From Styela clava (Eukaryota), in NCBI RefSeq assembly GCF_964204865.1, contig NC_135252.1, positions 17,608,001 through 17,672,000 of the forward strand: DNA of 64,000 bases, written 5' to 3'. This document shows, piece after piece, positions 37,440-51,035 of the stretch (position 1 is its first letter; each line of letters begins with the position of its first letter). The position numbers and the translations under genes are program-made. Under the pieces are notes generated by a model. The model saw only the letters and a list, made by a program, of their open reading frames with translations, was not told the DNA's origin and ran no database searches.

Positions 37440-39433
37440 TTTTCCTTCTTGTTTTTTTCTGTTGGAAGTTGACTGAATTTGAAACAAAATTCGACTGTAT
37501 AGAAAGTTTGAAGCAAGCGCATTTTATACACTTTACCTTTCCGTCTGTAAACAGATGTTTTATTGAAATATAACACGCAATAAAAAGCTTATGTTGTTCC
37601 ATAAGGTGAATTTTTTGGAATAAATTACAGATGATATCCGGATAAATAAATATTAATTACTTTTCTAATTATTAAGAATCGGATCCACCTGTATCAGTTT
37701 CGCAATATTCTATAGTATTTGATTTGTAATGTAGAGGCTGGTTAGAAGCTCAAATTGTTTTGGTCTCATATTTTCTTTTCGTTAGAAATTGTTCTCATTT
37801 TATGTTCTCATTGCTCTCGTGTGATTGTTGCCTTTCTTGTACATTTGAAAAAAAAACGTAAATCAAGGAATTAAATAGGAAACTAGTTTTTTAATTAATG
37901 AAATATCAATTATAGTATCAATGAAATTTTAGTTTACTTCTTACTGCACTTATTACTGCATTGAATACAATTTACGGAAGGATGCGACTGTTGAATCGAG
38001 GCGGAAATTATTATGCGTTGTCGTCTAATACTCAGAAATAATAACGAAAATGAAAGTTCCATATGGCGTTTCTAAAGTTCCAAGCAAACTGTTTTATAAC
38101 GATTGAATGCACAATTTTTTTTTTGTTATATATATTCATATGCAAAAAATACAACTGATTTGTTATTGTTAAAGCCTTTCGGCATTTCATATTCATTGGA
38201 ATCCATATTTTCAAATATGATTTTTTAAATAATCCACTAGTCTTCTTCTTTTTATTGACGAACATAAAATTTCGAATGTTGGCAGTAAAAAGGATCGCCA
38301 TTCATGTTAAGGGGTGTAAATTGAAATCTTTGACATCGTTCCACTTTGTCTTAAAATGAACAATTAAATTCCGAGGCTAACTTGGCTAACCCAGACAGTC
38401 CCCGAACTCGTAATAGAACTAAAATTAGGAAAATCGTAATAAAATTATGGCCTAATCCTAACCTGGTACACACACTACGGGTGCCCCGTCCCTACTCAAA
38501 ACATGAAACATTTTGATTAAAGAAAAATTGCAAACGATTAACACCGATACCGGTTACCATGTTACTTCCTAAAACGAAACTCGGTGTATAATTATTATCT
38601 TAAGCTGTTATTTGCTCGATTTCTCACTTTTACCTTCATTCATTCATCTGCAACTCAATCCAAAAAACGGGTGGTATAATCTAGGTTTATTTATTATATA
38701 ATCAATGTATACATATATAATAAATGTATATAATACAAAATTGGTCATTGATTGAATGATTATAAAACCTTTTTCTTGGAAATCTAGAAACGCCATATTG
38801 AATTTCCATTTTCGATTATTTCTCTGAATATAAACTAAACTAAACTAAACTAATATTAATTTCCGCCTTGATTCAAAAGTCGCATCCTTCTGTGAAATGT
38901 ATCCAATTGTAGTAAGTGTAGTAAGAAATCAACTAAAATTTTATCGATACTATAATTAATATTTCATTGATCAAACAATTGATTTCTGTTTTAATTTTTT
39001 GACTTGCGTTTTTGAAATATACAAGAATTGCAACAATTACACAAATCGTGAATATTCTTTAAAGTCAGCGTAAAGTAAGGACAATTCCTAACGAAACGAA
39101 AACATTAGGCCAAAACAATTTAAGCTGCTAATCAGCCTCTACATTACAAATCAAATTCATTAGAATATTGCGAAACTGATACAGCTGGATCCGAGTCTTA
39201 ATAATTAGAAAAGTAATTAATATTTATTCATCCGGATATCATCTGTAATTTATTCCAAAAAATTCACCTTATGGAACAACATAAGCTTTTTATTGCGTGT
39301 TATATTTCAATAAAACAGCTGTTTACAGGCGGAAAGGTAAAGTGTATAAAATGCGCTTGCTTCAAACTTTCAATACAGTCGAATTTTGTTTCAAATTCAG
39401 TCAACTTCCAACAGAGAAGAACAAGAAGGAAAA

Positions 39434-42400
39434 ATGTCTGGAAAAATTGCAGTACTCGTTCTGGCCATGATAATCTGCAATTTTGGATTAACCAGGTTAG
39501 TTTTACCTCATCGCCGCGTTCTGTTTTCATTCAATCTGATATATTTCAATTTTTATATGAACTAAACAATACAGGTTTATTCTAGCAATGTACTTTAAAT
39601 TAGTTTTTGTTGAGAAACTTTTTTCTGGCAACATGAAAAAGTTGAAGATTTTATTCAGAAATAAAATGCTAAGATAAACGAGAGTATTTATCCACTATCG
39701 AAATTATTTTTAAATTTCGTTAATTCCATTGTTTATTATTGATTCATGTTTGATCCTAATTCAAATACAACTTTGCGTATAAAAAAAGATGCATGTCTTT
39801 CTCAATGATTCCAAACGAGCTCAATTATAAAATGTTCTAACAATTTCCAGATTGATAAGTTACGGAAAGCTATAATATAGTCTACATTTATTTTCACAGG
39901 GCAAAGTCTCTTGAGTCTCGTAAGTTCAATTTATCTTCTTTATTACGTGAGCATTTCTCAAACATTCGCCAACACATTTGGTAACTATTTCTGGAATTTG
40001 GTCGGTTTGCCATTTGAACCTGTATTTTCACTAAAACTTTTATTCGAATCGAAAAATTTAAAATGCTGACGAACAATTCCAGAATGATATATGATATATT
40101 TTTAAAATCCCAAATGACGAAAAAAACTCAGCAACCCTGTAAATCACATTATTGTATCTCAATCTCCATCCCATTCAGTTGTTAGTAAATGCATCACAAA
40201 TTTTCACGTTTTATTTTATATAATTCAGATTTTATCGACAACAACAAAATAAACGAGAACGAAAAAAAATAAAATTGTTTGAATTTGAAGCTATATCGGG
40301 TTTGAAATTCTTTGTAATTATTGCAGGTGACCAATCTGAAAAATCCTCGAAAACCTTGGACAACAAAGATCAGAAAAAAATTTTCTGGTGGATTCCTATC
40401 GTGAAAAAAATTGTTCATGCAATAGAGAGAGGCAAAGGAAATATTTTATTTTATAGGATAAAAACCGAATTTAAAAGCAATTTCATTCATTTACGATATT
40501 TTGTTTGTTCGGGGGACGAGTTGGAAAACACACTGAATTTTTATATTTTATCCCATTTGGTTCGGAATATTTCAAAAATATCTGAAATTACGAGATGAAA
40601 GTATTTCATTGAAGATATATAAAATTTAAAATTCTTTGTAATTATTGCAGGTGACCAATCTGAAGAAGTCTCAAAAAACTTTGATAACAATGATCAGGAA
40701 AAATTTTTCTGGTGGGTTCCTATCGTGAAAGAAATTGTTCAAGCAGTAAAGAGAGGTAAGGAAAACATTTGTTTTATTGATGAAAAACAAAATTTTAACT
40801 AAAATTGTTTGTTTAAATCAGGGATAAGTTCAGAACACTAAATTTTTATATTTTGTTCCATTTGGTTCCAAATTTTCAAAAGTTTGAAAAACGAGATGAA
40901 AATATTCAATTGAAGCTATATCAAATTATCTGTAATTATTGCAGGTGACCAATCTGAAGATGCTTCGGAAACATTTGACAACAAAGATCAGGAAAAATTT
41001 GTGTGGTGGATTCCTTTAGTGGAAGAAATTGTTCAAGCAGTAAAGAGAGGTAAGGAAAACATTTGTTTTATTGATAAAAAAACCAAATTTTAACTAAAAT
41101 TGTTTGTTTAAATCAGGGATAAGTTCAAAACACTACATTTTTATATTTTGTTCCATTTGGTTCCAAATTTTCAAAAGTTTGAAAAAACGAGATGAAAATA
41201 TTCAATTGAAGCTATATCAAATTATCTGTAATTATTGCAGGTGACCAATCTGAAGATGCTTCAAAAACATTTGACAACAAAGATCAGGAAAAAATTTTCT
41301 GGTGGGTTCCTATCGTGAAAGAAATTGTTCAAGCAGTAAAGAGAGGTAAGGAAAACATTTGTTTTATTGATAAAAAAAACAAATTTTAACTAAAATTGTT
41401 TGTTTAAATCAGGGATAAGTTCAAAACACTAAATTTTTATATTTTGTTCCATTTGGTTCCAAATTTTCAAAAGTTTGAAAAAACGAGATGAAAATATTCA
41501 ATTGAAGCTATATCAAATTATCTGTAATTATTGCAGGTGACCAATCTGAAGATGCTTCAAAAACATTTGACAACAAAGATCAGGAAAAAATTTTCTGGTG
41601 GGTTCCTATCGTGAAAGAAATTGTTCAAGCAGTAAAGAGAGGTGAGGAAAACATTTGTTTTATTGATAAAAAAAACAAATTTTAACTAAAATTGTTTGTT
41701 TAAATCAGGGATAAGTTCAAAACACTAAATTTTTATATTTTGTTCCATTTGGTTCCAAATTTTCAAAAGTTTGAAAAACCGAGATGAAAATATTCAATTG
41801 AAGCTATATCAAATTATCTGTTATTATTGCAGGTGACCAATCTGAAGATGCTTCAAAAACATTTGACAACAAAGATCAGGAAAAATTCGTTTGGTGGATT
41901 CCTTTAGTGGAAGAAATTGTTCAAGCAGTAAAGAGAGGTAAGGAAAACATTTGTTTTGTTGATAAAAAAACAAATTTCAACTAAAATTGTTTGTTTAAAT
42001 CAGGGATAAGTTCAAAACACTAAATTTTTATATTTTGTTCCATTTGGTTCCAAATTTTCAAAAGTTTGAAAAACCGAGATGAAAATATTCAATTGAAGCT
42101 ATATCAAATTATCTGTTATTATTGCAGGTGACCAATCTGAAGATGCTTCGAAAACATTTGACAACAAAGATCAGGAAAAATTCGTGTGGTGGATTCCTTT
42201 AGTAGAAGAAATTGTTCAAGCAGTAAAGAGAGGTAAAGAAAATATTTTCCCAAATGAAAGCAGAAGTTGAAACAAAACAATATCATATTATTCATAAATT
42301 ACATGAGTAACCTATCTGAACATTTTTTGATTCAATGTGAAGCACATGAATGACAAATGACTTTTGAAGTTGATAAAATACTAAAATTAAATTGTTCATT

Positions 42401-42709
42401 TGAAAAGTTTGAAATTTCAAGTATATTTGTCTGGATGTAATTGTTACTGATTATACTTATCCTAAACTACAAATACGGTATCCGAATTACTCAGTCTAAA
42501 GTAACTTGATTTTTGATACCGTGAAATTCAATTATAACAGTTGAAACTTAATCATAGTAAAGACAAACAAAGCGGTTGTTTCATTCTGTATTTGTCTCGT
42601 CTTTATTTCCTTACTAAATATTTAATATTTTTTGTACAATCGTCAATATAGATGATATTAAACGCAGATGTATCATTTGAATTCAATAGTTTTCTCATTT
42701 GCAGGTTAA
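39434..42709 (+). CDS. Secreted multi-peptide precursor A3 (7 modules, 273 aa)
   Basis: Exons 39434-39495 and 39900-39919, modules starting at 40327 (IFWWIPIVKKIVHAIER, GC donor), 40651 (FFWWVPIVKEIVQAVKR), 40945, 41241, 41537, 41833 and 42128, and last exon 42705-42709. Confidence 0.85.
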
Positions 42710-43493
42710 GTCTTATCCAGCAAATTCGAAAATACAGATGACGATTCGATGATGTCCCGTGTCTACTTCCGATTTTGATTTACATATTTTCTCGTGTGAA
42801 ATTTAACCTAATTATTCAGAATAAATTACATCAAAGCATGGACGTTTGTAAAATTTTGGAACATACAACATATATATATATATATATACAATAAACCGCT
42901 TACTATACGAACAAATCTGCGAACGGTTTGTACAGGCTGAAGCAAATCGTATAACTTTATGATGTAACTGTATATGTTGCAACACTACATCAGTGATCGT
43001 TCTGCCAGTCATTAACGTATCTGGGTTTGCTTATTGTGCATTTGCAGCATCTGCTGCCTCAAAAATTTTCGCATCAATTATTGTTTGAATTTTGAAATCA
43101 AGGTGCAGGGGACAGTAAAATAGTTTTGTAACGACGTAACTTACATTAATGACTTGCTTAGTTACCAATATTATCTATTCGCCTAGCAAGAGACTCTATA
43201 AAGGAGCAGGTGATCGAATATTAGGAATCAACCATCTGTATTTGAAAAAACGAGTATTTTACTTTGGAATATCCTGCATCATTCACTAAAACTCGTGAAT
43301 CTGACATAGAAATATCGTTTTTGTTGCAACACTTGAAGTATATTTGCCAGCAGTGCATTTCGTACCGTTGTTTCGCCACGCAAACACAATGAAACTATTC
43401 TCATTGTTTGCTATATACATTTTGATCCGTATATTAGCTCATTACTGGTAGAAATCGATGTTTCAATTCCAGTCGTATTAAAAATAGACAATT

Positions 43494-44392
43494 GTAAACA
43501 GTCTCAGTGCAGTTCACATATTTGCTTTTGGATTATTTAAACCTGTTTATCAAAGCACATTGGCGATGAATGTAATTTCTTGCTGCACTGAAGTCTGTCC
43601 GCACTGAAGATTTCACACAAGCGGAATTTTCAGTTTTATCAGTTTAAAACACCCGCGCCTAGAGAGGCATCAGGCAACCTCGTTGTCCGGCTTAACAATG
43701 TGCCTGTGATGTTTTTTATTTCTCCGATATTATACTTATCGCCCACCAGGTGCACATTCTGACGACTGTCAATTTCGCTTTGTATTATCACTTACACTTA
43801 GTGACGTACCTGCTTCTCATTCTCACTCGCACTCTAAGTCCTGGATTCCTACCCGTCCTGGTTATGAACTCCATTGCTCAGCATTATCTCACTGCTTCTT
43901 TCGCGTTTCTTGTCCTTTTTAACGCGTCGACTTGCTTTTCCCACTGGATTATCTTGTCTTTTTTAATCTGGTTTTTGCTTTTCTTCCCCAGGTCTCAACT
44001 GTCTTTATCGGGAATCTTCTTGTGAGTATGCGCACCCGTTGCCTAATAACCTTGCAAGCTGTAGTCGCGCCATTTTTAACGACGACAAATTGGAGTAGGA
44101 TATTACCCAATGCATAAAAGATTATCATTAATACTGCACAAGAGAGTTTGTTGTTTGCCGCTGTGACCAGTTTTGTTGTGTTCGGTTATAAATATCTAAA
44201 CAAAACGTAGCACATTGCGATACGTAGTTGGGATATCCAAATGAAGTTAAGTATAAGTTACACAATATTGCATTCCTATCGCATAAATTTATTATAGATA
44301 TAATTGCCTAAATGATACAAGGTCACATCACAAGATTACGACATCATTAATCGCCCATTATGTTATGTCTCGAGAACAGAGGCAACTATATA
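43494..44392. mobile_element. Unit-3-specific insertion, probable decayed transposon fragment
   Basis: Replaces ~110 bp present at ~5207-5315 in unit 1. It has a more GC- and pyrimidine-rich core and no clear termini. Confidence 0.35.
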
Positions 44393-44832
44393 CCTATCTA
44401 TCTGTTAATATTGTTCTGTTCATATCATCATAACTCATCATAAGCTGAATATGACGACTTCGTCATATTTTGTGCGAAATAAATATGATTTTACAATCAA
44501 TTGCAAAACTATCTTCATTGTGGCAAGCCGGAAGCTTTTACAAATTTGAACCAAGACGTCTCCAATAACTGATTGCTATATTGTATAGATCTTGAAGATC
44601 TTTTATTTCAAACAATGATGAAATCAATTTCAAGAAAAATATTTTTTGTGTGATTATGCATTAAGAAGAAACGGTTTGAAAGTTCCCACCTAATATGTCA
44701 AGAATCAAATTTTTGATAAATCACAACAAATTTTATACTTGTATAATCGGTGTTTTTGTTTCATAAAGATTTAAGACCACTTCTGAATAATTACAACTAA
44801 AACGACATTTCACAAAAATGCTAATACTATTG

Positions 44833-46514
44833 TTAACCCAACAAATAGTCTGACGGAACCAGATCTCCACATCCGAAGGTAGTTAACGTCGCTGCGTCGA
44901 TTCCTTGTTCAGTTGCAAACGACGTCAACTTGGAAATCTCCTCGCCAGATAACGATGGAGTCCGGGTGAAACATTGCAAAATTTTCTGACCTGCAAACAC
45001 AGTAAGACAACTATTGTAAACGGCATTCATTCATAATTTCCGTTCTACGCCCGTCCGGAAACCAATCGAAGAAATTCTATCTGAGGTGATTGACTAAAAC
45101 TGTTCACAAAAATATTTGCAAATGAGAAAGGGAATGCATCGCTGGGACGAAAAAAAGTATTCGGTCTATAAGAATAATATAATTAATAAGTATAAGATAA
45201 TTGTAAGATATTTCTTTCTTGTATGTCCTTGGCGGCGCGTATTTTCGAGATATTAAAAATCTAAATCTAATTGGACAGCTTCGGCTAAAATATTATCATG
45301 TTTCGCTAAATTTTCCCGTTGATTTTGTTCATTTGGAGTTTCGAGTTTTATACATTGTATAGGCGGATATTGGATGTTATTGTGCAGTGGCTAAACTTCT
45401 CTCCGGACAAGAAGCTACTGATATGCCATCGTACACATATTTATTGTAGTGAATAAATTTTAATTCAATGTTTTGCGATTTTCTTACCATCGCTTGCAGA
45501 TGACAACACACAGAGATAGATCTCGTAGTCTGTAAAAAAGCGATGTGGATGAGAACGATACCATTGATAATCTGCGAACAAATAAAAGCTCGAATATGTT
45601 AAAGAATATTAGACGTCTTCTTAGAACAACATTATAAAAACCAGAACCTTGGACTGGAGAGGATTTAGTAAAGATGTCTGATCTTCTTCGTTCGTTGAAC
45701 AATTTGATGTTCTCCCATTGACCATCTAAGAATTAATTTTTTTAAATAGTATTGATTAAATTTATGGTATTGTGGATTGAAAAATTCATAATCTTTCTCG
45801 TTAATGGGCGCCCAATGGTTTGCAACATTTCGAAATAAAAGGAAACGATAACTGAATGGGATATTTTGGCTCATAGCCATCTCATTAAAATTGCGAGACT
45901 CACTCATTTGTGAATTTATCCAATAATAACCCAAAGAATCCCGCCTCACATCATCGATGATTGAAACATGAGCATCTAATTTGTTCCTTTTAGAAAAAAT
46001 AAGAACCGTTATTATTTGCTCGCATTTTACACACGAAAAAAGCACAATTCTTAGATAAATAGTTATTTCGCAAAACATCTCACTTGGGATATTCGTATGA
46101 GTAAACATTCATATCGTTCTCTGTTGTGTTGAAAGGTACCATGAGGTGACATCCCCACAAAACATTCCAGTCCCAGTTATTCACACCAAATGTGAGATAC
46201 CATACTCCGCATAACTAAAAGTAAAAGATTTTAGTACAAATAGCTTTAAGTGTAAGAATTTCAAGCCACAGTGCGTTTAATTGTGTTGTTTTAATTGTCT
46301 AAGTAACATTCAAAACTAAGTCTGAGTTATTCTTCCGTGTTATTGATGTAATGAAAAAACAAACGGAAGTTGACTACCATTATAGTTAATTCACCAATAC
46401 AAAATAACAGCTTACACGTTTCAAGTCGATGTCTTTTCCTGAATATATCTTTCGACTCTGCGCGATTGTTAAAAGCACAAGGATCCCAAAAACTGAACTA
46501 AATCTACACCTCAT
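44833..46514 (-). CDS. Lipocalin L1, copy 3 (210 aa, full-length exon 4)
   Basis: Exons 46514-46416, 46214-46084, 45986-45904, 45725-45648, 45571-45488 and 44990-44833 join in frame. Motifs LCGVWY, FFTDY and CFTRTP are present. Confidence 0.82.
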
Positions 46515-48998
46515 CGTTTTGCCAGCGTCAAACTTCCAGTGAAGGATAATCTTGACGAACAATAAGCTATATTATGCATGCGCTGCATGGAATCAATAGA
46601 AAAATCAAGAATCAATAGAGGTTAAATTCATAATTCGTGTCCCAATGAGGTTTACGCTTTATACTGCATAATTCGTGTCCCACTGCTGTTTACCTTTTAC
46701 TGAGCATATTCATACTTATTTCAATGAATACATACTCTTGCTGGTATCTTAGGGCCTCCCGCAGTAATATATGTTTTAGGGGTGCAATAATGAAAATGGT
46801 ATGGATTGCATTGCATGCTACGTGTATAGAAACTGTTTCATATAAATTAGATTGGAAAAAATGGATTGGTCAATACCTAACACACATGGCGTTATCTATG
46901 CCCAAAAAGACGTTACTAAAATTAATCACTTGCTTAGTCGCCAATTCCATCGTACAATCCGCCAAGGAAGGGACTCTATAAGCAAGAAGCTAATCAAATA
47001 TTAATAGCAAACCATCTGTATATCAGAAATACCGAGTATTTATCTTTTGGAATGTTCTGCATAATCCATAGTGAACCTCGTGAAGCTGACAAAGAAATAT
47101 ATATACCGTTTTACCATTTTTGTTGCAATACTAGAAGTATATTCGCCCGCAGTGCGAAATTCGCGTCCGCCTCCTATACCTGGCAAGCTTATTGAAACAG
47201 CATGGCTCCATAGAAAATTGATAGAAGTCATATTAACTTGGGAAATTTATCCTCGATACACACTCAAAGAGTTTGATAGAGACCGATGGCAATGCTAATG
47301 CTCTCAATAGTGTTTAGTAGACACATGACGTTCATATTGCACGTGCAGATCTATGAGTAAGAGAACACAATTCCATAAAAAATAAGTTTATAATTTTTTC
47401 CAGGGTAAGATAGGATTTCCATCATAAGAGAATTGAAAGTATGAAATGATCGAGTCCATCTGGCACTCTAGCTAGAGACAAGGGATATACAGAGCTGCTC
47501 GGGCATCAGTTATTTAAGGGCACTTATCTGGATACTTTAATCAAAATCATATTTCCAAATACCGAATAAGCAAAGCTTCTGAAAAAACATTTAACTATTA
47601 CAAGTGAGCTGCATTCTGTTAATGTTACTAAAAATACCTAAGTCGGCTTTTCTCTTTACCTACTGAACCAATTGCTTTGAAATTTTCAGTGGTTGAAGAT
47701 TGTATTTCTTGCTAGAAGGATATCACATGCATTTCACAAAAAATTTTGTTGGCTCTATTTGTTTTTGTGTGTGATGATGTCATCAATATTGTGCATCTTG
47801 TGGCGTTTACGTTTGCGTTAGTCATGAAGTTTGCGGTACGTTTTGGCTTCGTGTTCACATATTTGAGCATCGATCTCTTGTTTAGGTTTATCCCTAAAAT
47901 TAAGTAACGGTTGCCTTTCACATTTCTCAATTACCTTGTAAATGCTCCAATAAATATTAAACTTGTATAATTTTTTCTGTCTCAATCTCTTCGGTAAAAC
48001 AATACAAGTTAGCTTGCAGAATTATATGCATTTGATTACCATAGGATTATTCTGTCAATTTGCTCTCCATGTGTACACAGCAGCTAGCGCCACGAGAAAT
48101 ATGTAAAAGAAAAATTCATATACCGACGAATTAATCTAATAAAGAATATTAATTTCTGGCCTTGAGACCAATCCAATAACATTGAATGGGTTTTGATCCA
48201 TAAATCAAATGATGTCATTTCTAATTGGTGACAATCTGGTGTTTACCAAATCAGATTTGGTCATGTTTATATAATATGTGCATAATGTATAATCTCGTTT
48301 CAGCGGTATGGCTGAATTTATCAATCCTGTCGGATCCTTTTTGATTGTTCAAAAAGATTTGTTTTGGAACAATTATTTAAATCAAGTTTTTTACCTGCTT
48401 TGTTCAAAATAGATGTATTATTTGTATCTTTTATATTAATATAGGCTAAAACAAGACGTAAATACTTGCCTAATCGATTCTTATTGTCAAAGTCGATATG
48501 CCCTTCGACACACCGCAAGTATCGATGACTTGCCCGTAAACGCCTGCTTAAGCTTAAGCGCAATGTTCGTGTAAAACCACCCCACCACGTGTTAGAGGCA
48601 TTCCTATTTTTCAGTATAATTGATGCTAAAATTTGATTTACCTAGAAGACTAGTTATGAAGTATATTAATTTGTTTAAAAAGATATTATTTTAAAACAAA
48701 TGCTTTACCTATTTCGCTGTTGTTTTTTATTCTCTTTTATTTAATAGGTTAAAGAGGTAAATATAAAAGCTTGCGTAAGCGATTCTAAAACTCGATCGAA
48801 ACATGTATTGAAGACTAACGTATTGCTCATGCCCTCTCAAGCTGTAGCACAATGCGTTCGCAAACGTATTTGGCGGTGAAGGAAAACGAAAACCGACAAG
48901 CCTCTATGTGAACCACCCTACAAAGACGAGGAGTCCAGTAATTTGCTTGCACAGTGCCCAGTTCCTCTTGAGATTCTAAAGTACGTGGGTACTATAGT

Positions 48999-49096
48999 GG
49001 GCCCTTCAGAAGTATGTGCACCAAGATGGCGCACAACCTGAACATATTATGTGTACCAGGTGCGCTATCTTGGTGCACATACTTCGGAAGCGCCCC
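48999..49096. mobile_element. ~100-bp palindromic MITE
   Basis: Inverted arms gaagtatgtgcaccaagatggcgca ... tgcgctatcttggtgcacatacttc. A related copy lies at 56993-57108. Confidence 0.7.
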
Positions 49097-49629
49097 ATAA
49101 TGTAGGTTGCCGCCGGTGGAAATAAATTCTCCATTAATGTATTATACTAACACACTGGTTTTACCAGATTTAGGTGTTGAACGAGCCTGTGATTCACCTG
49201 TATTAGGATTGGGTTTAGCAGGCCCGTGAGCAATGTTTCGTGATTTTTCTTGCATTTTTCACTTTGCTGGTACAATCTGATAACTTTGTTGTAGGTACTT
49301 TGTTGTAGGTGATGAAGCGACGCCACGAGAGTAAAAGTCAAAGCAAAATTTTTTTAACATTTTTTAAAAATCATTATTCCGGCAGTATGTACAGCTTTCA
49401 AAAGGCCCCATTTCGGATTTCCACAGCGATGCGAGGGGTATTTCAATAAAAAAAATACACTCTGAATCACTTTTTGCATTTTTTATTGAAATACTGACAA
49501 TAGTATTGAAAATGTGCACAAAAGTGTTTTGAGAGTAGTAGGATGAGAACACGTGCAAAGGCTTGCCACGACAACAAACAATCTAAATGCTCTACATTTG
49601 CGCTTTGAAGCAAACCTGTTGGTGTAGGC

Positions 49630-50835
49630 CATAGGTTCTCAAAGTGCTCCGTACGGAGCCCCAGGGCTCCGCGAGAGAAACCCAGGGGCTCCGCGAGCTA
49701 TTCGATTACTTTTCAAAATACTGACTTGGCTAATTTAAAACTGTTCCTAGAAGCAATAACAGCTTTGATAAAATTTGACAACAATATAGCCTCGAAATAC
49801 GGCAAAGTGGCGGCCTCAACAGGATTCTTAAGAGGGAGGAGGTTCAAATTTGGAATCGGAAATTTATGCGCAACATTCTTGGCGATTCAAAAAAAAACGG
49901 ATAACGAGATTTCTGTTGCGTAAAATATTCAATTCATGACCGATGTGAGCGTGTCTTGTCGTAATAATTTAATTGTGCTCATCGTTACTCACGTTCGATT
50001 CCAGATTACCATTAGGATTACTAAAATGAAAGAATACTATTCTAAAATAACATAAACTGCCAACTATAAATAAATTGGAGTCGTATTTTGCGATCTTGGG
50101 ATTTGTTAAACTTGATTTGTTCTCCGTCGGTAGTTTTAGAGTGGAAAAATTTTATTCTGACGTGAGTCTGCTGAAACAAAACGTATAGTGTTATCTTCCA
50201 TTTTAAGTTTTAGTTCTAATATTTTAGAATGCGGCTTTTTAATCAAGAAATTTGAATTGCGGATTTACCTCTTTATTAACTATTATTTTTAGCATTTCGT
50301 CGCCGATGATTATAATATGGTAACATGTTTTTCACATTGAACTTATAATTCCCCACGAGAACGAAAAAGCAATTATCGTCGTCATTGTGGAACAATACAT
50401 GTATATGCCGAAGGAAATTTTCGATTTAGTGAGAATAAACACCGGCGTAAAGATGTTTGAGGTTTAAAAACACGCCATGCTGACGAAAACAATCGGCGAT
50501 TGTAACAAAATGCAATCGCGCACGTTATTAGCGACCTTTTAAGTCTTCCAAAAATGTCAAGAGGTGAAAAGATTCAACGCCTAATTTATTAATATGTTTG
50601 TCATGTGTCAAATTTACAGCTTTAGTATTATACAATTTATCTTTGAAATTTAGATTTATTTATGACTTGTATTAACCCTATTAAAAGGGTTTAGTATTTA
50701 AATTGAGTAAAGTACGTTTAACTTACTCAGGAATATTAATCGGAAAGTAACAATTTTAACATTTATTTTGGGGCTCCGTGAATAATAGTCAACCTTTTCA
50801 AGGGCTCCGCAACGCCAAAAGTTTGAGAACCCCTG
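49630..50835. mobile_element. Non-autonomous hAT-type element
   Basis: TIR cataggttctcaaa...tttgagaacccctg, perfect 8-bp TSD gtgtaggc and subterminal gggctccg repeats. Confidence 0.85.
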
Positions 50836-51035
50836 GTGTAGGCTACAGTCACACAATAAACACTTCGAATTACAAATGAAATATGACGAACAACAGCAGA
50901 CAAAACAATTGCACCGGGGCATCATGAGATAATGTGTAATGTTTATAATTTCTCCACAACATTTTTTCTGGAAGCGTTCTTATTCTATCATTCATTTATA
51001 TTGGCATATACATATAATACACAAGGTCGGATGCG

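Larger units (their letters stand above)
17662..37952 (+). repeat. Second copy of the segmental duplication unit (unit 1 = 1-17661; partial unit 3 = 37953-~46760)
   Basis: ttactgcattgaatacaatttacggaagg recurs at 1, 17662 and 37953, followed by colinear, highly similar sequence and duplicated ORFs in the track. Confidence 0.95.
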
